Positions 9,893 through 20,306 are shown, counted from the first letter of the stretch. The stretch: 64,000 bases of DNA from Candidatus Zixiibacteriota bacterium (GCA_037441845.1 JBBIRK010000005.1:221230-285229); one strand, 5' to 3'. Numbers and translations: made by a program. The notes: generated from the sequence alone by a model not told the origin.

Positions 9893-11098
9893 GTGCTGGA
9901 AGAAGCCAAGCATTTGACGACCGAAGCGGCGAAAATGTCGGCCTGGAATGCGATCTGGACGTTTCCTTCCGTCATAGGAGCCGCCTTGGTCATAGCCTGG
10001 GGAGCGGAATCGGCTCAATTCCTCGTCTCTCAAGGGTTCGCTTTGACGATGCTGGCCCTGATTCAAACGCTTCCCGAGTTCGCAGTAGAGGGGGTAATTG
10101 CTTGGCGGGCCGGTCAGATTCCAACCCCCGAAAATATCGGTTTGGCTACTGCAAATTTCACCGGAGCTTTGAGATTGCTGGTCGGCCTGGGCTGGCCGTT
10201 GATTTACTACGTATCCGCCGTTTTCAACCTTTCCAAACGCAAGCGCAAACGTAGTCTCGATAGCATCAAGCTCGACAGCGAACATTCGGTCGAACTTATG
10301 GGGTTGTTGGTGCCGACCCTTTACATGTTCATCATAGTGTTGAAGGCAAGTCTTACCCTGTTGGACGCCTTGATCCTGACGCTCATATATCTGGCCTATA
10401 TTTCTATATTGTTAAGGCTGCCACCGCGGGAAAGCGAGAAGATCGAGGAGATTGAACCGGTGCCGAGATACGTGCTGTCGCGGCCGAAAATCCATCGCAA
10501 TCTGCTGATCATTATATTATTCTTGGGCGGCGCAGCAGCGATCTATTTCGTAGCTCACCCGTTTCTCGAAAGCATGCTCGGCTTGTCGATAGTGTTGGGG
10601 GTCCCGACATTCGTCTTCATCCAATGGGTGGCACCTTTCCTTTCCGAGTTTCCGGAGAAGGTATCGGCCTTTTACTGGGCGAAATCGGTGGAGAAAGCGC
10701 CGATGGCATTGATGAATATGGTATCATCCGGGATAGCCGAATTGACTTTGTTGGTATCATTGATTCCGATCGTCTATTGCATATCTCGGGGCGGTATTTA
10801 CGGCATCGAATTCGATTGGCCTCATCGTGTGGAAATTCTGCTGACCTCGCTGCAATCATTGCTGGGATTCTTGATTCTGGCGAACATGGAACTTCGTTCC
10901 TATGAGGCGATCGGCTTGTTCCTGCTCTGGGTATTTCAGTTTTTGAATCCCTCGAGCCGCGAGGAGATATTATTCGTATATGCCGGCTGGATAATAATCG
11001 AGATATTCCTTGCCATATTCAAGTTGCGGCCGCTGAAAGCCTTTTTGCATTTCCGGCACATCATCGTAAAGCACTATAGCCGAACGAAACCATCGTGA
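9893..11098 (+). CDS. CaCA-superfamily (Na+/Ca2+ exchanger-like) cation antiporter
   Basis: About 10 TM helices; alpha-repeat-like QTLPEFAVE...ANFTG and APFLSEFPEKVS...NMVSS; start uncertain. Confidence 0.72.
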   Translation: MLEEAKHLTTEAAKMSAWNAIWTFPSVIGAALVIAWGAESAQFLVSQGFALTMLALIQTLPEFAVEGVIAWRAGQIPTPENIGLATANFTGALRLLVGLGWPLIYYVSAVFNLSKRKRKRSLDSIKLDSEHSVELMGLLVPTLYMFIIVLKASLTLLDALILTLIYLAYISILLRLPPRESEKIEEIEPVPRYVLSRPKIHRNLLIIILFLGGAAAIYFVAHPFLESMLGLSIVLGVPTFVFIQWVAPFLSEFPEKVSAFYWAKSVEKAPMALMNMVSSGIAELTLLVSLIPIVYCISRGGIYGIEFDWPHRVEILLTSLQSLLGFLILANMELRSYEAIGLFLLWVFQFLNPSSREEILFVYAGWIIIEIFLAIFKLRPLKAFLHFRHIIVKHYSRTKPS

Positions 11099-11124
11099 CC
11101 GCTTTACAGTATAAAACTATTGAC

Positions 11125-11153
11125 TTGACCTTTGCTTAAGTGGGTTCTAAAAT
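11125..11153 (+). promoter_or_regulatory. sigma70-type promoter of htpX
   Basis: TTGACC-N17-TAAAAT upstream of GGAGG and ATG 11185. Confidence 0.6.
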
Positions 11154-11184
11154 TGCCGTGGAAACCGCGGCTGGAGGTTTAACG

Positions 11185-12015
11185 ATGAATTCCCTAAAAA
11201 CATTTCTCCTGCTGGCAGCCTTGACCGTGCTATTGATATTGATCGGCGATTTGGTCGGAGGGCCGAGAGGAATGATGGTGTTTTTCATTATAGCGCTTTT
11301 AATGAACATATTGACCTACTGGTTTTCCGATAAAATCGTTTTGGCCATGTATGGCGCCAAGCCGGCCCCCGAAAATTCGCGGCTTGCGGAGATTACCCGC
11401 CAAGTGGTTCAGGCGGCCGGAATCCCCATGCCGAAAATCTACATGATCGAGGCCGATCATGCCAATGCCTTCGCCACCGGCCGAAATCCGAGCCATGCGG
11501 CGGTATGCGCCACGACAGGCATCTTGAGTTTATTGAATGACGAGGAGCTGAAGGGGGTTATCGCCCATGAAATCGCCCATATAAGAAACCGCGATATTCT
11601 GATCGCCACCATGGCGGCGGTGATCGCGGGCGCGATAACCATGATTTCCCGCACCGCGTTTTTCTTTGGTGGACGTGACGACGAAAATCGAAATCCGATC
11701 CTGGGGATCATAATTCTCATAACCGCCCCAATAGCGGCGTTCTTGATTCAGATGGCGATCTCGAGATCGCGCGAATACATGGCTGATGCAACCGGCGCTT
11801 CGATTATACATAATCCCCGCGGCCTTGCTGCGGCGCTGCGGAAAATTCACTTTGCCGCACAGCGTGTGGGAATAAACGCCAATCCGGCAACCGCGCACAT
11901 GTTCATAATAAACCCTTTATCGGCGCGCGGCTTCGCCTCGCTTTTTTCCACTCATCCTCCCGTCGAAGAAAGAATCGCCCGGCTCGAGGCCATGACCGGA
12001 GGCGCAACCAGGTAG
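11185..12015 (+). CDS. htpX: Zinc metalloprotease HtpX (M48)
   Basis: NAFATGRNP, AHEIAH (HExxH), SRSREYMADA, FSTHPP; start moved to the ATG following GGAGG. Confidence 0.95.
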   Translation: MNSLKTFLLLAALTVLLILIGDLVGGPRGMMVFFIIALLMNILTYWFSDKIVLAMYGAKPAPENSRLAEITRQVVQAAGIPMPKIYMIEADHANAFATGRNPSHAAVCATTGILSLLNDEELKGVIAHEIAHIRNRDILIATMAAVIAGAITMISRTAFFFGGRDDENRNPILGIIILITAPIAAFLIQMAISRSREYMADATGASIIHNPRGLAAALRKIHFAAQRVGINANPATAHMFIINPLSARGFASLFSTHPPVEERIARLEAMTGGATR

Positions 12016-13317
12016 ATGGGATTTACCCTTGCCCTAAACCTTATTCTCGTAGGTATATTGGTCATACTTTCCGGTTTCTTTTCCGCATCCGAAATCGCGG
12101 TCGTGGCAATCCGATCGAGCAGATTAAAAGAGCTGACCGGCTCGGGCGATAAAAGAGCGGCATTCGTCGAAAAACTCAAAAATAATCCCGACAGTTTTTT
12201 CGCCGTCGTTCAAATCGGCATAACGGTAACCGCATCGGCGGCTTCGGCTATAGGCGGGGCGCTGGCGATCACCCTGATCGGGCCTCTGGTTAAGAATATC
12301 CCCATAAAAACGATCCAATCGGCGGCCGAACCGATTTCGGTAACTCTGGTCGTGATCATCATATCCTATCTCTTTCTGGTCGTCGCCGAGCTCGTGCCCA
12401 AAGCGGTGGCTATAAGACGCACCGAGCCGATCGCGCTTTTCGTCGGCATACCTACATGGTATTCCATAAAGGCCATAAACATCGTCATTAAAATACTGAC
12501 CTGGTCGACCAATCTATTTTTGAAAATTTTGGGATTTCCGCCCGGGGGGAAAATAGATTCATCGGTGAGCGAGGCCGAGGTCGAATTTTTAATCAAGGAA
12601 GGAATGGAGCACGGTGTATTCGATAAAGAAGAGCAGCAACTCATTCATTCGGTTTTCGAATTCACCGACACCAGCGTGCAGAGGGCGATGACGCCGCGGA
12701 CCGAAATCACCGCAATCGAAATGGGCGCTACGGTCGAGGAAATGATCAGAATCGCCATGGAAACCCATTATTCGCGTTTTCCCATTTACGAGGGTTCGTT
12801 AGATAACATCAAGGGAATAATTCACTCCAAAGATCTGCTATATGTTCATTCCCACCGGACGCTGTTCGTGTTGTCCGACATTATGCGGCCGGCGCATTTC
12901 GTCCCCGATTCCGGCAAGATCTCCGAACTCTTGCGCGACATGCAAACGAAGCATTATCAGATGGCGATCGTGCTCGATGAATTCGGCGGCACCGCCGGTT
13001 TGATAACCATAGAGGATATCATTGAAGAAATAGTTGGCGATATTCTCGACGAGTACGATCAGGAATCACCGAAAATAGCTTTCGGGAAGGATGGTGCGGT
13101 GGTTTTGGCCGGCATGCCGGTAGATGAATTCGCCAATGAATTCGGAGTCAAAGTCGAAAAAGGAGACTATCATACGATCGGAGGAATGATCATCACGAAA
13201 CTGGGCAAAATTCCGGCGGTCGGTGACACGGTTGATTTCGATTTATTTTCATTGAAAGTTATTGAAAAGGAACGTCACAAAATAAAAAAAGTGATCGCCC
13301 GAAAAAAATCAAGCTGA
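12016..13317 (+). CDS. CNNM/DUF21-CBS-CorC (HlyC/CorC family) Mg2+/Co2+ transporter-like protein
   Basis: GFFSASEIA, ELVPKA, MTPRTEI, SRFPIY, DEFGGTAGLITIEDIIEEIVGDI. Confidence 0.92.
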   Translation: MGFTLALNLILVGILVILSGFFSASEIAVVAIRSSRLKELTGSGDKRAAFVEKLKNNPDSFFAVVQIGITVTASAASAIGGALAITLIGPLVKNIPIKTIQSAAEPISVTLVVIIISYLFLVVAELVPKAVAIRRTEPIALFVGIPTWYSIKAINIVIKILTWSTNLFLKILGFPPGGKIDSSVSEAEVEFLIKEGMEHGVFDKEEQQLIHSVFEFTDTSVQRAMTPRTEITAIEMGATVEEMIRIAMETHYSRFPIYEGSLDNIKGIIHSKDLLYVHSHRTLFVLSDIMRPAHFVPDSGKISELLRDMQTKHYQMAIVLDEFGGTAGLITIEDIIEEIVGDILDEYDQESPKIAFGKDGAVVLAGMPVDEFANEFGVKVEKGDYHTIGGMIITKLGKIPAVGDTVDFDLFSLKVIEKERHKIKKVIARKKSS

Positions 13318-13395
13318 TCAAAAACACACCGATAATTCTTTTCTTCACAGGCAGAGACAAAACGTCGAATCAAGATAATCCGTTTCATCAGCGAA

Positions 13396-14433
13396 TCAGA
13401 AATCCACCCCGAGAGTCAAGCGGTGCACATTGCCGAGATCGGCATAGGATGAATAGCTGTAATCGAAAACGTAATTTTGATAGCTGTAACCGAATCCTCC
13501 GGCGAACCCGGCCAGATTATCCCTGTCCGATCCGGTCTTAAAATCTTTGCCGGCCGAGGACCAACCGAGCCTCAGCATGAACGGCTTGAGAATATCGAAT
13601 TGCCCGCCCAAGGCGAGAAAGAAATCGTTGTCACTCGGTTTTATCAGATCGACTGCGATGGTAAGCGGCAGTCCCTTCAATGCGTGCGAAAAGCCGGCAT
13701 CGACAGTCACCGGCAACGGGTCTTTATGCGATTTCGAGAATCCTTTAGTTTGGACGCCAGCGTTGGTGACCGCCAATCCGAGACCGGATCTTCCCCCGCC
13801 GAATCTGTATTGAATTCCAAAATCCGCAGCGATAGCCGCCGATGAATAATTGTCTATTTTTTCGGATATGAATTTGCCGGTAAATCCCCCGTAAAACCCT
13901 CGCAACAGAACCTTGGCGTAGGTGAGACCGATCGCGATATCGCTGGCTCCGAAAGTGCCGTCCTGATTCCCCTGAACATCGAGCCTGTCGAATTCACCGT
14001 AATTCATGTAATGGATCGAAACCCCGATCGCCGTGGCTTTATCGATCAATCTTGCGTAACCCAGATAGCCGGTCTTGAAATCGAGCAGGTAATTCATATA
14101 GGTGGCCAGAAAACGATTTTCCGCGGGATCAACGGCGCTGACATCGTAGCCCGTTTCCGACTCGTTATCTTCTTCCTCCTCGAATCCATAGTCGATCTGG
14201 GTTTGCCTTTTGGTGAAAACATAATTCCGCGCCACGATGCCGGCAGGATTATAATAAAGGCCGCTTAAGTCGTTTGCGAAACCGGCATAAGCTCCGCCCA
14301 TTCCTTGGGCTTTAGCGCTGACACCGATTTTCAAGAACGTATAGGCGCTCTTGCCGGCATCGAGATTGGCGGCAAAGGCGAAATCAGACAAGCAAAAGAC
14401 CGCCGCTGCCAAGATTAAAATGATTTTTTTCAT
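13396..14433 (-). CDS. PorV/PorQ-family (UPF0164) outer-membrane beta-barrel
   Basis: Signal peptide MKKIILILAAAVFCLSDFAFA; FLKIGVSAKAQGMGGAY, YYNPAG; C-terminal DYSY..LGNVHRLTLGVDF; start 14433 or 14439 after GGAG. Confidence 0.8.
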   Translation of the reverse strand: MKKIILILAAAVFCLSDFAFAANLDAGKSAYTFLKIGVSAKAQGMGGAYAGFANDLSGLYYNPAGIVARNYVFTKRQTQIDYGFEEEEDNESETGYDVSAVDPAENRFLATYMNYLLDFKTGYLGYARLIDKATAIGVSIHYMNYGEFDRLDVQGNQDGTFGASDIAIGLTYAKVLLRGFYGGFTGKFISEKIDNYSSAAIAADFGIQYRFGGGRSGLGLAVTNAGVQTKGFSKSHKDPLPVTVDAGFSHALKGLPLTIAVDLIKPSDNDFFLALGGQFDILKPFMLRLGWSSAGKDFKTGSDRDNLAGFAGGFGYSYQNYVFDYSYSSYADLGNVHRLTLGVDF

Positions 14434-14519
14434 TTTCATCGCTCCAAATACGAAAGATCCGGAATCAATACTTTTAATCGACTGATTCTTCGAAATTTCA
14501 GCCGTGTGTTTATGGGAAT

Positions 14520-15005
14520 TTACCATCCCTTGACCGTTTTATTCAAAATCTGATTGACCAGCTTTTCAACAGCTCTCAACTTGCCGTCGTCTTCGGTTTC
14601 GGAGGAGGACGAATAAATCCCGAAATCGGATAGGTTCTCGCTCCAAATGATTTTATCGTTCTTTATGTTCGAAAGTTTCGCCTTGATATCGATTTTGCAG
14701 GCATATTCCTGCACCTGCTCCCCTGCCGAAAACGTGTACGCGTCGCGGCTGTAACGGGTTATGACCATATCGAGTCTCCCATCGGCGGCGGCTTCCGAAA
14801 CGATTTTTAGAGTATTATCGGCGACGAACGCCTGGCTCAACTCGCGTGACAGCAATTCGGGAAGACCATACTCGGTGGTTTGGTTTTCCGGCAACGAGAT
14901 AGCAATAGTCTTGATTCCACCCGTGGCCGATGGAGAAAACGTGTAAATCCCACATGACAGAAACAGAACGACAACCGCCGCGATGAGTCCCAAAGCTGCT
15001 TTCAT
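14520..15005 (-). CDS. lptE: LptE-family LPS assembly lipoprotein
   Basis: Lipobox FLSC followed by GIYTFS, IKTIAI..ENQT, C-terminal NKTVKGW. Confidence 0.72.
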   Translation of the reverse strand: MKAALGLIAAVVVLFLSCGIYTFSPSATGGIKTIAISLPENQTTEYGLPELLSRELSQAFVADNTLKIVSEAAADGRLDMVITRYSRDAYTFSAGEQVQEYACKIDIKAKLSNIKNDKIIWSENLSDFGIYSSSSETEDDGKLRAVEKLVNQILNKTVKGW

Positions 15006-16303
15006 AATGTCAATTGCTTGCCGTTCTTGATCACTGAATGAACCAGATTCTTGCCGATCCAGTAGGGCAATTCCCGAAAATCGTCGGCATCCCAGATAAC
15101 CAAATCGGCGATCTTGCCGGGCGAAAGGCTGCCTATTTTATCGCCTCTATCGATTGCGTGTGCCGCGTTCAAAGTGGCGGCGCACAAGGCTTCGGCCGGG
15201 GTCAGGCCGTACTCGATACAAGCCAGGCTCATGGTCAAAGTCATCGAAATGACAGGAGAGCTTCCCGGATTGTAATCGGTGCCTATCGCCACCGGCAATC
15301 CCGAATCGATCATTCGGCGCGCCGGCGCTTTATGCTTGGCTTTCAGAATCCATACGCTTCCCGGCAATAACACCGGAATGACGCCCGCTTTTTTAAGCAG
15401 ATGAATCCCCTCGTCGCCCACGCAATCGAGATGATCCGCGGAGAACGTGCGGAATTCGGCGGCCAACTCGGCACCGCCGGTGTTATGAAATTGATCGGCA
15501 TGCAGCTTCAATTTCATACCGAACGCCTGTGCCGTTTGAAGCACGATCCGCGTTTGTTTGAGAGTGAAAACTCCCTTTTCGCAGAATGCGTCACAAAACT
15601 CCGCCAGATTTCCGGTCGCCACCGAGGGGATCATTTCACCGCAGACGAGAGCGACATATTCATCCGGACGCCCCTCGAATTCATCGGGTATTTCATGCGC
15701 ACCCAAAAATGTCACCACGACATCGACCGCATGATAAGAATTCAGGCGGTTCAAAACCTCGAGCATTTTGAATTCGGACTTTGTATCCAGCCCGTATCCC
15801 GATTTCCCTTCGACTGTCGTAACCCCGTTGCGAAGCATCTGATCGAGGACTTTCTTGCCGGATTCGAATAACTGCTCCGCGGTAGCTTTTCTGGTTGCTC
15901 TCACCGTCGATTTTATGCCGCCGCCGGCTTTGGCGATATCCAGATAACTTTTGCCGCCGAGCCTCTGCTCGAATTCCTCGGCGCGGTTGCCGGCGAAAAC
16001 CGGATGAGTGTGCGGATCGACCAACCCCGGGGTTACCAGCCTGCCGCCGGCATCGATCTCGATCGTTCCCTTTTTCAGCCTCGAGGACTTCAGCAGTTTC
16101 GCCGTGGGGCCCACTGCGGTTATGCGCGAATTTTCGATCGCCACCGCTCCATTCTTGATGATCCCCAGATTTCTCATCGAGCGCCCGCCCAGTGGCCCGA
16201 CCTGACCGTCCGAATGCATCGTTACCAGTTGCCCGATATTGGTGACAACGCAGGAATAATCCATTTTGGCACCCGAAAGTCTGCCAGCCATTTTCGTTAC
16301 CAC
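15002..16303 (-). CDS. hutI: Imidazolonepropionase
   Basis: PGLVDPHTHPVF, GGGIKSTVRATR, EGKSGYGL, KLHADQ, SADHL, GTDYNPGSSP; start may be slightly downstream. Confidence 0.95.
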   Translation of the reverse strand: MVTKMAGRLSGAKMDYSCVVTNIGQLVTMHSDGQVGPLGGRSMRNLGIIKNGAVAIENSRITAVGPTAKLLKSSRLKKGTIEIDAGGRLVTPGLVDPHTHPVFAGNRAEEFEQRLGGKSYLDIAKAGGGIKSTVRATRKATAEQLFESGKKVLDQMLRNGVTTVEGKSGYGLDTKSEFKMLEVLNRLNSYHAVDVVVTFLGAHEIPDEFEGRPDEYVALVCGEMIPSVATGNLAEFCDAFCEKGVFTLKQTRIVLQTAQAFGMKLKLHADQFHNTGGAELAAEFRTFSADHLDCVGDEGIHLLKKAGVIPVLLPGSVWILKAKHKAPARRMIDSGLPVAIGTDYNPGSSPVISMTLTMSLACIEYGLTPAEALCAATLNAAHAIDRGDKIGSLSPGKIADLVIWDADDFRELPYWIGKNLVHSVIKNGKQLTL

Positions 16304-17701
16304 CTACCTGTCTACGACCGCGGCCAGAAATGTTCCCTCGGCGACCACCTTGCCATCGACATAAGCTTTGCCTCCCATTCGGCACGAGTTGGGTCGGAAT
16401 TGCATCATTTCGATTTCGAAACGAAGCTGGTCGCCCGGAATAACGGGTTTGCGGAAACGAACCCCGTCGATGCCCAGAAAATAGACGAGCTTTTTTTCCG
16501 GCTCTTCTATCGCATTCAACAGCATGAATCCGCCGGCCTGAGCCATCGCCTCAACGATCAACACGCCAGGCATCACCGGCCGTTGCGGGAAATGACCCAT
16601 GAAATGCGGCTCGTTGAAAGTGACGTTTTTTATCGCCACAACCCTTTTTCGCGGCTCTAGATCGATTATTCTGTCGATCAAAAGCATCGGGTATCTATGC
16701 GGCATAGCTTTGAATATGGCGTTGATATCGAGCAGATATTCGCCCTTGGTTTTGCCGGTGCCGTATTTGCTGGTAAGCATCTTCTTCTCGTAGATCATGC
16801 GGATCTGGCGCGCCAGGGCGACGTTTGCCGCATGACCGGAGCGGGCGGCCAGGATATGTCCTTTGATCGGCACTCCGATAAGAAACAGATCTCCGAGCAG
16901 ATCGACCGCTTTGTGCCTGACCGGCTCGTTCGGGAAACGTAGTTTCGTATCGTTCAGAATGCCGGATTCTTTCACGAAAAATTCCTGATTTTGTCCGAAT
17001 CGATCTTTAAGGCGTTGGATACGTTCGGCGGTCAATTCGTGATCCACGAATACGACCGCGGTATCCAAACCGCCGCCCCGGATCAAACCCGCGTCATAGA
17101 GCGTTTCGACCTCGCTGAGAAAACAAAAAGTACGGCAAGAGGCGAATTCATCGACGAATTCGCGGTCGAGATCAACCAGCGATGTATATTGCGTGCCCAG
17201 AGCCTTGTTTTCGTAATCGATAAGGAACGTTATGCGTAAATCGTCGGAGGGGGTCACCACGATATCGATTCGTTTTTCTTTTTCGGAATAAGACAGGGGG
17301 CTGTCTATTTCGAGATAGTTTTTCGGCGCGTCTTGCTCGGCGATTTCGGCCTCGAGAAGCGCTTTGACGAACGGCATCACCGATCCGTCGCCCGCCGGCG
17401 GTTCGATATTGGATAATTCGATTATCAAATTGTCTATTTGCAGGCCGGCGACCGCCGCCAGCACATGTTCCACCGTATGAACTTTGACATTGTTCAAACC
17501 GAGCGTAGTGCCGCGCTGCGAATCCACCACATGTTCGATATCCGCGGGTATCCTGGGAGAGTCTTCCTGATCGGTTCGGACAAAGGTCACGCCGTGATTT
17601 ATGGGGGCTGGAATAAAGCTGATGGTGGTGTTGACCCCGGTATGCAGTCCGATACCGGAAAGGGAAACGCGTTTTTTAATCGTGCGTTGATTATTTACCA
17701 T
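16304..17701 (-). CDS. lpxC/fabZ: Bifunctional LpxC deacetylase / FabZ dehydratase
   Basis: QRTI..GIGLHTG, TVEHVLAA, EPVRHKAVDLLGD (LpxC); PHRYPMLLIDRI, GHFP..PVMPGVLIVEAMAQ (FabZ). Confidence 0.96.
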   Translation of the reverse strand: MVNNQRTIKKRVSLSGIGLHTGVNTTISFIPAPINHGVTFVRTDQEDSPRIPADIEHVVDSQRGTTLGLNNVKVHTVEHVLAAVAGLQIDNLIIELSNIEPPAGDGSVMPFVKALLEAEIAEQDAPKNYLEIDSPLSYSEKEKRIDIVVTPSDDLRITFLIDYENKALGTQYTSLVDLDREFVDEFASCRTFCFLSEVETLYDAGLIRGGGLDTAVVFVDHELTAERIQRLKDRFGQNQEFFVKESGILNDTKLRFPNEPVRHKAVDLLGDLFLIGVPIKGHILAARSGHAANVALARQIRMIYEKKMLTSKYGTGKTKGEYLLDINAIFKAMPHRYPMLLIDRIIDLEPRKRVVAIKNVTFNEPHFMGHFPQRPVMPGVLIVEAMAQAGGFMLLNAIEEPEKKLVYFLGIDGVRFRKPVIPGDQLRFEIEMMQFRPNSCRMGGKAYVDGKVVAEGTFLAAVVDR

Positions 17702-17729
17702 AACTCGATCCGATCATTGTGGTTTAACG

Positions 17730-19268
17730 CTAATTCGACCAGTAATTCCGGTCAAGGTTTCTGTAACCTATCGCCTCCGAAATATGGTGAGATTGAATTT
17801 TTTCGGAGCCCTCGAGATCGGCAATGGTCCGGCTCACTTTGAGAATCCTGTCATAGGCGCGGGCCGACAACCCGAGGCGATTGATGGCGGCTTTCAATAG
17901 CCCCAGCGAATCTTCGTCGAGCTGGCAAATTTGCCTTAGTAATTGCGTTTCCATCTGGGCGTTGCAATAAATCCCATCAAAATCCGCGAATCTTTCCAAT
18001 TGTTTTTGGCGTGCGATATTGATGCGCTTGCGGATCGCCTCGGAAGTTTCGCCGCCACCAATACCCGCAAGATCCTTGAATTTCACCGCCGGCATTTCGA
18101 TATGGATGTCGATTCTGTCGAGAAGCGGACCGGATATGCGGGAAACGTATTTCTGGATTTGACTTCCGTTGCAAGTGCAGTTATGAGTCGGATCCCCGTG
18201 GTAACCGCAGGGACATGGATTCATGGCGGCCGCCAAAATAAAAGACGCCGGATAAGTAACTGAGCCGGCGGCTCTGGTGATCGTTACCTGGCCGTTTTCC
18301 AGCGGTTGCCGCAAGGCCTCAAGCGATGATTTATCGAATTCGGGCAACTCATCGAGAAACAATACGCCGTTATGCGACAGGCTCACCTCGCCGGGCACTA
18401 AATGATTCGTTCCACCGGTAAGACCGACATCCGAAATCGTGTGATGGGGAGAACGAAAAGGGCGTGTCGCTATTAAAGCCTCTCCGGGCATAAGATGGCC
18501 GCCGGAGGAATATATTCTGGTCGTCTCGAGCGCCTCGGAAAGTGTCATATCCGGCAAAATCGTGGCCAGTCTCTTAGCCAGCATCGTCTTGCCAGATCCA
18601 GGCGGTCCGATCATGATGATATTGTGCCCGCCGGCCGCCGCCACTTCCAAGGCTCGTTTGGCATGTTCTTGTCCCCTGACATCGGAAAAATCAATCGCAT
18701 ATTTCTTTTTTTTGCCGAACACATTGGCCAGATCGATTTTGAGAGGTTTGATCTCTTGGCGTCCTTCAAGGAAATCGATCGCCTGCGTCAAAGTTTTCAC
18801 CGGGATAATATCGATCCCATCGACCATGGCGCCTTCGTTGGCGTTTTCCTCGGGCACGATCAGTCCCTTGAATTTTTTCTTTTCCCCCTCGATCGCCATC
18901 GACAACACGCCCGGCACCGGACGCAATCTGCCATCCAGCGACAACTCGCCGACTATCAGATATTTTTCGAGCAGATCAGCGGAAACCTGACCGGTGGCCA
19001 CCAGAATCCCCACCGCCATTGGCAAATCGAAGGCCGTCCCCGATTTTTTTATATCGGCGGGAGCGAGATTTACGGTTATCTTTTTCGCCGGAAAAAGAAA
19101 TCCCGAGTTTTTGATCGATGCGGCCACTCTTTCCCTGGCCTCTTTGACCGCACCCTCGGGAAGACCGACAGTGGTGAACGCCGGAATCTGCGGTGACACG
19201 TCGATTTCGACCTCGACGATATATGCGTCAATCCCCAGCAGGGCGGAAGAGAGAGCTCTGGCAAGCAT
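17730..19268 (-). CDS. comM: YifB/ComM Mg-chelatase-like AAA+ ATPase
   Basis: VGLPEGAVKEARERV, NLAPADIKKSG, GPPGSGKT, PFRSPHH, LFLDELPEF, NPCPCG; start at MLARALS. Confidence 0.93.
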   Translation of the reverse strand: MLARALSSALLGIDAYIVEVEIDVSPQIPAFTTVGLPEGAVKEARERVAASIKNSGFLFPAKKITVNLAPADIKKSGTAFDLPMAVGILVATGQVSADLLEKYLIVGELSLDGRLRPVPGVLSMAIEGEKKKFKGLIVPEENANEGAMVDGIDIIPVKTLTQAIDFLEGRQEIKPLKIDLANVFGKKKKYAIDFSDVRGQEHAKRALEVAAAGGHNIIMIGPPGSGKTMLAKRLATILPDMTLSEALETTRIYSSGGHLMPGEALIATRPFRSPHHTISDVGLTGGTNHLVPGEVSLSHNGVLFLDELPEFDKSSLEALRQPLENGQVTITRAAGSVTYPASFILAAAMNPCPCGYHGDPTHNCTCNGSQIQKYVSRISGPLLDRIDIHIEMPAVKFKDLAGIGGGETSEAIRKRINIARQKQLERFADFDGIYCNAQMETQLLRQICQLDEDSLGLLKAAINRLGLSARAYDRILKVSRTIADLEGSEKIQSHHISEAIGYRNLDRNYWSN

Positions 19269-19277
19269 AATATATTT

Positions 19278-19306
19278 AATATACACGCCGCCAAAACGGC
19301 TGTCAA
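19278..19306 (-). promoter_or_regulatory. sigma70-type promoter of comM, very short leader
   Basis: TTGACA-N17-TATATT, 9 nt before ATG 19268; no SD. Confidence 0.55.
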
Positions 19307-19410
19307 TTCCGTTTACGCCGCTATAATCTTGCCGGCTTTCGGTCAGCAATCGCCCGAACGATTGATTCCGCCGGCGGATTTGGCTATTATATGCACAGAT
19401 TGGAGGATCT

Positions 19411-20289
19411 ATGGAAAAACTCGATTTTAATCTGACTCAAGCGCTCAAAGAGTGGGCGATTTTACACATTCCCAAAGTCCTGGTTATTTTATTCGGCATG
19501 TGGGTGACCATCAGGATTGCCAGATTCGCCGGGAATCGAATCAAGGCCGCCGCTGAAGACGATGACCCGAGTCGACAGTCCGAACGAGAAAAAAGGGCGG
19601 AAACGCTCGCCAATATAATGAGTATGGCGATCAAGTTGGTGATTCTGGCGATCGGCGCGCTGATGATAGTCAGAGAGATCGGCATCGATATAGGCCCGCT
19701 GCTCGCGGGAGCCGGCATCATCGGTCTGGCGGTTGGTTTCGGCTCACAGGCTTTGGTTAAAGATGTCGTCACCGGTTTTTTCATCCTCATAGAAAATCAG
19801 TTCAGGGTCGGCGATATTATCCGGGCGAGCGGTCATGCGGGATTGGTCGAAAAAATAACGCTGCGCACGACCATCTTGAGGGATCTGGAGGGGGTCGTTC
19901 ATATCATCCCAAACGGCGAAATTGGAACGGTATCGAATTTGACCTATATCTGGTCCAGGGCGATTATCGATATCGGGGTTGACTATCGTACCAATATAGA
20001 TCGGGCGATGGAAATCATGATTGACGAGGCGAAGAAGATGGCATCGGAAGATGACTGGAAAAAGGAGCTTGTCGATGAACCGCAGATGCTTGGGGTGCAA
20101 TCGCTTGCCGATTCTTCGGTTGTCTTGCGTATCGCTTTCAAGACGCAGCCGCAATCTCAATGGTCGGTCGGCCGCGAATACCGTCGAAGAATAAAAAATC
20201 GTTTCGATGCCGAAGGGGTCGTCATTCCCTTCCCTCAAACGACTGTATCATTCGATAAGGGTGCATTGGAGGCGATAAAAAAGCTCTAA
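19411..20289 (+). CDS. Small-conductance mechanosensitive channel (MscS/YbiO-like)
   Basis: LLAGAGIIGLAVGFGSQALVKDVVTGFFILIENQFRVGD, HIIPNG, IPFPQ. Confidence 0.93.
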   Translation: MEKLDFNLTQALKEWAILHIPKVLVILFGMWVTIRIARFAGNRIKAAAEDDDPSRQSEREKRAETLANIMSMAIKLVILAIGALMIVREIGIDIGPLLAGAGIIGLAVGFGSQALVKDVVTGFFILIENQFRVGDIIRASGHAGLVEKITLRTTILRDLEGVVHIIPNGEIGTVSNLTYIWSRAIIDIGVDYRTNIDRAMEIMIDEAKKMASEDDWKKELVDEPQMLGVQSLADSSVVLRIAFKTQPQSQWSVGREYRRRIKNRFDAEGVVIPFPQTTVSFDKGALEAIKKL

Positions 20290-20306
20290 GAAATCGGTTG
20301 GACCGG

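Noticed and set aside
16304..17701. LpxC-FabZ fusion as a novelty
   Set aside because: Known fusion in Bacteroidota, Chlorobi and relatives; useful only as a taxonomic hint.
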